NCBI GenBank assembly: GCA_964540785.1 | Contig: CAZIOD010000003.1 | Span: forward strand, 1,928-65,927 | Reading direction: 5' to 3' | Origin: an uncultured Terricaulis sp. | GTDB taxonomy: Bacteria > Pseudomonadota > Alphaproteobacteria > Caulobacterales > Aquidulcibacteraceae | Length of the DNA stretch: 64,000 nucleotides | Shown here: piece after piece, positions 58,085-64,000 of the stretch | Position numbering within the stretch: position 1 is the first letter of the stretch | Layout: each line of letters opens with the position of its first letter | Position numbers and translations under genes: made by a program | Notes under the pieces: model-generated | Told to the model about the DNA's origin: nothing | Databases searched by the model: none | What the model saw: the letters and a program-made list of their open reading frames with translations, nothing else

Positions 58085-59988
58085 GCCCGCAGCAGGCGCG
58101 GCTGCAGGCGGTGGTCGACACCGCCGTCGACGGCGTCATCGCCATCGACGCGCACGGCAAGATCCTGATGTTCAATCCGGCTTGCGAGCGTCTGTTCGGC
58201 TATCGTGTGGAAGACGTGCTTGGCCAGAACGTCAAATTGCTGATGCCAGAGCCGTATCAGAGCCGGCACGATTCCTATCTGCGCAATTATCGAGAGACCG
58301 GCGAACGGAAGATCATCGGCATCGGCCGCGAGGTGCTGGGGCGCAAGCAAAACGGCGCAACCTTCCCAATGGACCTTTCCGTCGGCGAAGCGCTGGAAGA
58401 CGGCGAGCCGATCTTTGTCGGCGTCATCCGCGATCTCACCGAGCGCAAGGCGGCGGAGAAGGCGTTGCGCGAAAGCTCCGAACGCATGCGCGCGGTGGTG
58501 GAAACGGCGGTCGACGGCGTGATCCTGATCGACGCTTTCGCGAACATCCTCATGTTCAATCCCGCCTGCGAGCGGATGTTCGGCTACAAGGCGCGCGAGG
58601 TCATCGGGCAGAACGTTCGTATGCTGATGCCCCCGCCCTATCGCGATGAGCACGACAGCTATATCGCCAATTATCGCCGAACCGGTGAAGCCAAGATTAT
58701 CGGCATCGGCCGCGAGGTGACAGGACTGCGCAAGGACGGCTCCCTTTTTCCCATGGATCTTTCCGTCGGCGAAGCCAAGCAGGAAGGCGAGTCCATTTTC
58801 GTCGGCGTCATTCATGACCTCTCTTTGCGCAAGCGCACCGAAGAACAGCTGGCGCAAGCGCAGAAAATGGAAACGATCGGCCAGCTCTCCGGTGGTATTG
58901 CCCACGATTTCAACAATCTGCTGACTGTGATTCTCGGCAATGCGGAGGCCCTCTCGCTGCGGCTTAAAGCGCGCGAAGACTTGCGCCGCCTGGCCGACAA
59001 TATTGCTGATGCAGCAGAGCGTGGCGCGCAATTGACCCAGCGGCTGCTCGCGTTCGGCCGCCGGCAAATCCTCCAGCCTACAGCGGTCGACTGTAACGAA
59101 CTCGTTGAGAACATGCAGGTGCTTCTGCGCCGCACGCTGCGCGAAGACATCGAACTGCAGGTACGCACCGCCCAACAGGCAGTCTGGGCGCTCGCCGACG
59201 CCGCCCAACTGGAATCGGCGCTGCTCAATCTCGCGCTCAATGCACAGGACGCAATGCCGAACGGCGGTCTATTGACGCTCACGACCGAAGAGATCGAACT
59301 CGATACCGACTCGCTCGGTCCCGCAAATGAGGTGCGCGCCGGGCGCTATGTCTCCATCGCCGTCACAGACGACGGCTCCGGCATGGACCGCGATACGCTT
59401 GCGCATGCGTTCGAGCCCTTCTTCACCACCAAGGAAGTCGGCAAGGGCTCGGGACTCGGGCTTCCAATGGTGTACGGCTTCGCCAAACAGTCGAACGGCC
59501 ACGCAACAATCTATAGCGAACTCGGCCTCGGCACGAGCGTGCGGCTCTATCTGCCCATCTCGCCGACGCATGACACGGCAACGCCACGAGCGCTTGAGGC
59601 CACCGTGGCAGCCCGCGGCCATGAAACGGTGCTCGTGGTGGAGGACGATCCCTTCGTCCGCAGCCATGTGATCGCCTCGTTGGAGTCGCTGGGCTATCGC
59701 GTGCTAGTGGCGGCCGATGGGCGCGAGGCGTTGGCGATGCTGCAAAGCGGCGCACGTCCGACATTATTGTTCACCGACGTCGTCATGCCCGGCGGGGTCA
59801 ATGGCTGGCAGCTGGCCGACGAGGCGCGTCGCTCCACACCTGAGCTCAAGGTGTTGTTCACCTCCGGCTATCCGCAAGAGTCGCTGACGGGTCGCGGTGA
59901 GGTCGATCCCGACGCGCCGATTCTCACCAAGCCCTATCGCAAAGCCGAACTCGCCCGCCGCATTCGCGAGGCGTTGGACGAAAACTAG
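58081..59988 (+). CDS. Soluble PAS-PAS hybrid histidine kinase with FixL-like heme PAS domains
   Basis: Two PAS domains with HDSY..NY..TGE.KIIGIGREV; GGIAHDFNNLL, NLALNAQDAM, GKGSGLGL; C-terminal REC FTSGY. Confidence 0.92.
   Translation: MSPQQARLQAVVDTAVDGVIAIDAHGKILMFNPACERLFGYRVEDVLGQNVKLLMPEPYQSRHDSYLRNYRETGERKIIGIGREVLGRKQNGATFPMDLSVGEALEDGEPIFVGVIRDLTERKAAEKALRESSERMRAVVETAVDGVILIDAFANILMFNPACERMFGYKAREVIGQNVRMLMPPPYRDEHDSYIANYRRTGEAKIIGIGREVTGLRKDGSLFPMDLSVGEAKQEGESIFVGVIHDLSLRKRTEEQLAQAQKMETIGQLSGGIAHDFNNLLTVILGNAEALSLRLKAREDLRRLADNIADAAERGAQLTQRLLAFGRRQILQPTAVDCNELVENMQVLLRRTLREDIELQVRTAQQAVWALADAAQLESALLNLALNAQDAMPNGGLLTLTTEEIELDTDSLGPANEVRAGRYVSIAVTDDGSGMDRDTLAHAFEPFFTTKEVGKGSGLGLPMVYGFAKQSNGHATIYSELGLGTSVRLYLPISPTHDTATPRALEATVAARGHETVLVVEDDPFVRSHVIASLESLGYRVLVAADGREALAMLQSGARPTLLFTDVVMPGGVNGWQLADEARRSTPELKVLFTSGYPQESLTGRGEVDPDAPILTKPYRKAELARRIREALDEN
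58096..58840 (+). repeat. Intragenic duplication of the PAS domain (limits approximate)
   Basis: Two near-identical segments: AVVDTAVDGVI...LMFNPACERLFGY versus AVVETAVDGVI...LMFNPACERMFGY. Confidence 0.8.
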
Positions 59989-59992
59989 CGGA

Positions 59993-61108
59993 TCAGGTGG
60001 GCCAGCGCAGGCCGACGCGCCGACGCTGTTGCAGCGTTTGTTCGGCGCGCTGCAGGGCGCGTAGCGCGACTTCGGCCTGCTGTAGCGAGTCGGTCGAGCG
60101 CAGCGCGTCCATGGCCAGGCGCAAGCGCGAGGCCCCCTCTTCCAGCTTATCGCGAGCGCCTTCGCGTTCACCGAGCGCAGTAAGTGCACGCCCGATCTCC
60201 TGCTGCGCCGCGCCCCAGGCGCTGGGGTCGGTCGTCCGATCGACACGATCGAGATAGTTCTGGCGCGCATCGAGCGCCTTAGACAGCCACTTGATGTGGC
60301 CGCCGCGCTCGCCAAGGCTCAACGCGCCCGAGGCGAAATCCGATAGGATATCGAGCTGCAAGTTTTCGCTGACTTCCTCTGGCTGCGCTTCGACCATCTG
60401 ATCTAGCGCTTCCACGATCGGCTGCAGGCGATCCGGTTTGTAATCCTGCGGACGGTGCAACACGGGTCTCGCCTTGCGCGCCAGCGCAAACGCGAGCGCG
60501 CGCTGCGCTGCTTCCGATGGACGACCGACGCGCCAGGACAAGAGGAAATCCTGCACATCATGGGTGCGTCCATAGCCGGGAAGCGTTGTGACGCGCAGGT
60601 CCAACCTACCGGTGAGCGTGCGCTTTCCCCAAACGATGACGTCGCCCGCCGAACGTTCGAGCGCCTCGGCCGCTTCCACGGCGACACGGCGGCGCGCCTC
60701 CGGATGCGCGAGCGGTGAAAGCGTCTTCAGTTTGATCGGAAAGAGGTCGACCTCGACATTCTGTTCGAAGGAGAAGAGGCCGAAATTATCTTCGACCGCC
60801 TCTTTCATCTCCTGGCGCAGTCCCGCGCCGCCGCCTTCGATCTCGGCGATCAACACCAACGCCCGGTGGTCTTTAGTGCGCTTCAGCGCCTGGGCGCGCA
60901 AAGCGATGCGCGCCATGCGGCTGGCCTTGCCCATGCCGTTAAGCATCCAAAACGCGGCGACGAGCACCGCGGCCAGACCCATTGACATGAACAGCATGAA
61001 CACGTTCGGCGATTGCACGAACGCGTCCTGAAACTCCCGCGGAAGCAGGGCCATCAGGCGGGACGCCGCCTCCGGCGCGAAGGCCGCTGCCTCTGCAAAA
61101 TTAACCAT
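59993..61108 (-). CDS. Hypothetical membrane-anchored protein with TPR-like helical C-terminus
   Basis: 371-aa ORF; N-terminal TM; WGAAQQEIGRALTALGERE resembles TPR-like helices. Start uncertain. Confidence 0.75.
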   Translation of the reverse strand: MVNFAEAAAFAPEAASRLMALLPREFQDAFVQSPNVFMLFMSMGLAAVLVAAFWMLNGMGKASRMARIALRAQALKRTKDHRALVLIAEIEGGGAGLRQEMKEAVEDNFGLFSFEQNVEVDLFPIKLKTLSPLAHPEARRRVAVEAAEALERSAGDVIVWGKRTLTGRLDLRVTTLPGYGRTHDVQDFLLSWRVGRPSEAAQRALAFALARKARPVLHRPQDYKPDRLQPIVEALDQMVEAQPEEVSENLQLDILSDFASGALSLGERGGHIKWLSKALDARQNYLDRVDRTTDPSAWGAAQQEIGRALTALGEREGARDKLEEGASRLRLAMDALRSTDSLQQAEVALRALQRAEQTLQQRRRVGLRWPT

Positions 61109-61235
61109 TTAGCGTCCGTGGAGTCCCGAGCGAGCCTTGTCCTGTAGCCCGCCGCGATGCGCCGCACAACGGGCTACGGCGCCTCGGGGCGACGGTATTG
61201 CAGACCCGCCGCGACTGCGACGGGAAAACGATAAC

Positions 61236-61934
61236 TTAAGGGCAACCGGCGCGCGAAAGCGCGTCGGCCGGCGCGCCTGCGTTACGCATTTGTGCGCAAA
61301 GCTCCGGCGTCATGCCGCCGCCCACCGCCGCGCTTGCGGCCGCACCCGCAATGGCGCTCATCTCCATGACCTGCACGCCGGCCGGCAGCACGAAGAGGTC
61401 GGCGCTCTGCGGACCGCGCCGTACGCTTGTGGTCTCCCAGGTCGTTCGCCCGTCTTGAGTCGCTTTCAGAATGACGCCGTCGTCGGTCACGCACACTGTC
61501 GATTGCTCGCCGTTAGCCTCGCGCGTCCACTCTGCGCCGGACTCGCCGGCAACCGAGCAAGACCCGGTGCGCGTTGCGCTCGAGGCATATTCGGCGTTCC
61601 AGTGTTCAGCGGGATTCTCGTAATCGATCGCCGACATCTGCATCGCTGTCGTCTGCCCGCCATTCGTGACGAGTACGAAGCTCTCGCCGGTGTCGCCGTT
61701 GCTGATGATGGCCATCTCGCCCATCGGCGCGGCCGCCATCTCCATGCGCATCTTATTGCCGCTGCGGATCATGACCACGGGTATCGCGCCGTCGTCCGGG
61801 CTTTGGACGGTCGCCTCGGCGCGGTAGGAGGCACGCGTCAGATCCGGAAACAGCCCGCCCCCGCCTGAGGGCGCGCCCGGATTGCACGCCGCTAGCACGC
61901 ACGCCGACGCCAGAGCCAATGCCACAGACCGCAT
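61236..61934 (-). CDS. Putative lipoprotein (DUF4412-like)
   Basis: Lipobox LAAC; KMRMEM, VAGE, CVTDDGV.L, LFVLPAG. Confidence 0.7.
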   Translation of the reverse strand: MRSVALALASACVLAACNPGAPSGGGGLFPDLTRASYRAEATVQSPDDGAIPVVMIRSGNKMRMEMAAAPMGEMAIISNGDTGESFVLVTNGGQTTAMQMSAIDYENPAEHWNAEYASSATRTGSCSVAGESGAEWTREANGEQSTVCVTDDGVILKATQDGRTTWETTSVRRGPQSADLFVLPAGVQVMEMSAIAGAAASAAVGGGMTPELCAQMRNAGAPADALSRAGCP

Positions 61935-62129
61935 GAGCGTCCCTCCGTTGAGTCGTCCCTTGGCGGGTCCCTTAGCAGGGGCGGGTGCGCCCGGTAAGCC
62001 TTACCGGCCCTTTCGTCGCAAAAGCCGCAGGCGTGGGCGCCCCCCGCCCTTGCGGCGCGGCGATCCCGGCTTAGACAGTCCGGTCAGTCAATCCGCCCCG
62101 CGCGCCGGGCGTCCTTTTTTGGGGGTTCC

Positions 62130-64000
62130 ATGAAACCGCATGTCCTCGCCATCCTTTTGGCTACGGCCGTAATTCCACTAGCGGGTTGCGCCACAGGCGT
62201 CGGCGCCGGCGGCGCCTCGGCCTACGCAACCGCGCAGAGCGATATCGCCCGGCTTACCGCGGAGGCTAACCGGAATGCGTTGTTGCAGGCATGGCCCGGC
62301 CCGCACGGCGGCGTTCCGCCCTGGGATCAGGCGCAGACCGCCGCGTTTCCCGCGGCGTTCGAGCTCGGCATCGGGCTGCAACGGGCCGAGGTGCAAGCCA
62401 TCGCAAACAATCCGGCCGCACCCACATTCGCCAACACTATAGAAGCGATGCAAAACGCCGGGCGGCATCTCGACCGCGCCGGTACGCTTTTCTCGGTGCT
62501 GTCGTCGAGCGTCTCCACGCCCGAGGTGCAGGCCGTGCAGGCGGAGTGGTTTCCGCGCCTTACCCGCGCGCAAAACGAGATCACTTTCGATCGCAACCTC
62601 TTTCAGCGTATCCACACTCTTTACGAACAGCGCGCCAGCTTGAACTTGAACGCCGAGCAATTGCGGCTGCTCGAACGGACGCATGCGCAATTCGTGCGTG
62701 CTGGCGCCGCGCTGACGCCCGAGCAGCAAGCCCGCCTCGGCGAGATCAATACCGAGCTTTCTTCGAAGTTCACGGAGTTCAATCGTCGCCTGCTCGCAGA
62801 CGAGAACACCGCGACCTACATTAACCGGGAAGCCGACCTTGCCGGACTGCCGGACAACATCCGCACCGCCCTGCGCGCCGCTGCGGTCGAACGCGGCCAG
62901 CCCAACGCGTGGGCGGTGGTGAACACGCGTTCTAGCGTCGATCCCTTCCTCACCTTTTCCCAGAACCGCCGTCTTCGTCAGCAAGTCTGGACCGCGTTCA
63001 AAAACCGCGGCGACAATGGGGACGCCAACGACACAAACCAGCTGATCGGCGAGATCGTCGCGCTGCGCGCCGAGCGCGCGCAGATTCTCGGCTTTCCGAC
63101 GCACGCCCATTATCGCATGGACGACACCATGGCGCACGATCCGGCGCGCGCTCAGGAGTTGATGATGCGCGTCTGGCCGGCGGCGGTCGCACGCGTGCGC
63201 GAAGAGGTTGCGGACATGCAGGCGATCGCCGATCGCCAGGGCGCGCGCATCACCATCGCGCCCTGGGACTATCTGTATTACGCCGAACAGGTGCGCCGCG
63301 ACCGATACAATCTCGATCAGAACGAGGTGCGCGCCTACTTCCAACTCGACAACATGGTCGAGGGCGCGTTCTACATGGCAAATCAACTCTACGGTCTCAA
63401 CTTCCGTGAGATCACCGGATCGATTCCCGTCTTCCACCCCGACGTGCGGGTGTTCGAAGTCAGCGACAGCGCGGGCGCGCACCGCGGAGTTTTCTATTTC
63501 GACGCCTTCGCACGCGCCGGTAAACGTTCGGGCGCATGGGCTTCAACCTATCGCGGCCACGAAACCTTCACCGGCACGACCGTCACGGCGGTAACCTCCA
63601 ACAACAACAATTTCGTGCGCGGCGCGGAAGGAGAGCCGATACTCATCTCGCTCGACGACGCGCACACGCTATTTCACGAGTTTGGGCATGCGCTGCATAG
63701 CCTTCTCTCGGAGGTGAACTATCCCGGGCTCGCGGTCACGCCGCGCGACTACGTGGAGTTTCCAAGCCAAGTGCATGAGCACTGGGTGCTGACACGCCCG
63801 ATTCTCGACCGCTTCGCGCGCCATTACGAGAGCGGCGCGCCCATGCCGCAGGCGCTGGTCGATCGCATCAACAATGCGGCGACCTTCAACCAGGGCTACG
63901 AGACCGTGGAGTATCTCTCCTCCGCCCTGGTTGACATGGCGCTGCATAACCGCGCCGAACCCATCACCGATCCGGATGCGTTCGAGCGCGAGACGCTGGC
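62130..64000 (+). CDS. dcp: M3 family metallopeptidase (Dcp-like), lipoprotein signal, 3'-truncated
   Basis: MKPHVLAILLATAVIPLAGC; PTFANTIEA, KRSGAW, TLFHEFGHALH, RDYVEFPSQ. Open to the window end. Confidence 0.92.
   Translation, partial: MKPHVLAILLATAVIPLAGCATGVGAGGASAYATAQSDIARLTAEANRNALLQAWPGPHGGVPPWDQAQTAAFPAAFELGIGLQRAEVQAIANNPAAPTFANTIEAMQNAGRHLDRAGTLFSVLSSSVSTPEVQAVQAEWFPRLTRAQNEITFDRNLFQRIHTLYEQRASLNLNAEQLRLLERTHAQFVRAGAALTPEQQARLGEINTELSSKFTEFNRRLLADENTATYINREADLAGLPDNIRTALRAAAVERGQPNAWAVVNTRSSVDPFLTFSQNRRLRQQVWTAFKNRGDNGDANDTNQLIGEIVALRAERAQILGFPTHAHYRMDDTMAHDPARAQELMMRVWPAAVARVREEVADMQAIADRQGARITIAPWDYLYYAEQVRRDRYNLDQNEVRAYFQLDNMVEGAFYMANQLYGLNFREITGSIPVFHPDVRVFEVSDSAGAHRGVFYFDAFARAGKRSGAWASTYRGHETFTGTTVTAVTSNNNNFVRGAEGEPILISLDDAHTLFHEFGHALHSLLSEVNYPGLAVTPRDYVEFPSQVHEHWVLTRPILDRFARHYESGAPMPQALVDRINNAATFNQGYETVEYLSSALVDMALHNRAEPITDPDAFERETL

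Noticed and set aside
57811-59208. 465-aa minus-strand ORF, and similar long antisense ORFs at 1593-2585, 31355-32320 and 62178-63482
   Set aside because: These are shadows of clearly identified opposite-strand genes, which is expected at high GC.

Overview
High-GC (roughly 65%) alphaproteobacterial chromosome segment. Gene content and promoter style point to Caulobacterales/Hyphomonadaceae; this is an inference. From left to right it contains: pgk and fba; a surface-polysaccharide locus (2.7-22.8 kb) with GT2/GT4 glycosyltransferases, a heparinase II/III-like protein, wzm/wzt, epimerases, an O-antigen ligase-like gene, cysD/cysNC and manC; tkt, tal, galU and pgl; an FAH-family plus TRAP operon with a LacI-type operator; a general-stress-response (GSR) island (phyK-like kinase, ecfG, nepR, phyR, DUF1328, entericidin, Crp, DAG kinase, phosphoesterase); an AraC/DMT pair divergent from an FAD oxidase, PLP decarboxylase and CysK-glutaredoxin fusion; nagB-II/nagA; a PilZ gene; a ~1900-aa poly-HAMP hybrid kinase plus REC-HWE-REC kinase, divergent from a winged-HTH and two DUF5985-like membrane genes; tRNA-Ser(GGA); msrA; a tandem heme-PAS hybrid kinase; and a partial M3 peptidase. 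Seven GGAAC-N16/17-CGTT sigma-EcfG promoters were read directly from the sequence. The best candidates for new biology are the EcfG-promoter-linked poly-HAMP/HTH/DUF5985 module, the decarboxylase + CysK-Grx operon, a structured C-rich-loop sRNA candidate at ~31.5 kb, and a pair of paralogous uncharacterised membrane-anchored proteins. I saw no integrase, transposase, CRISPR array or rRNA. Family assignments come from motif recognition, not database searches.
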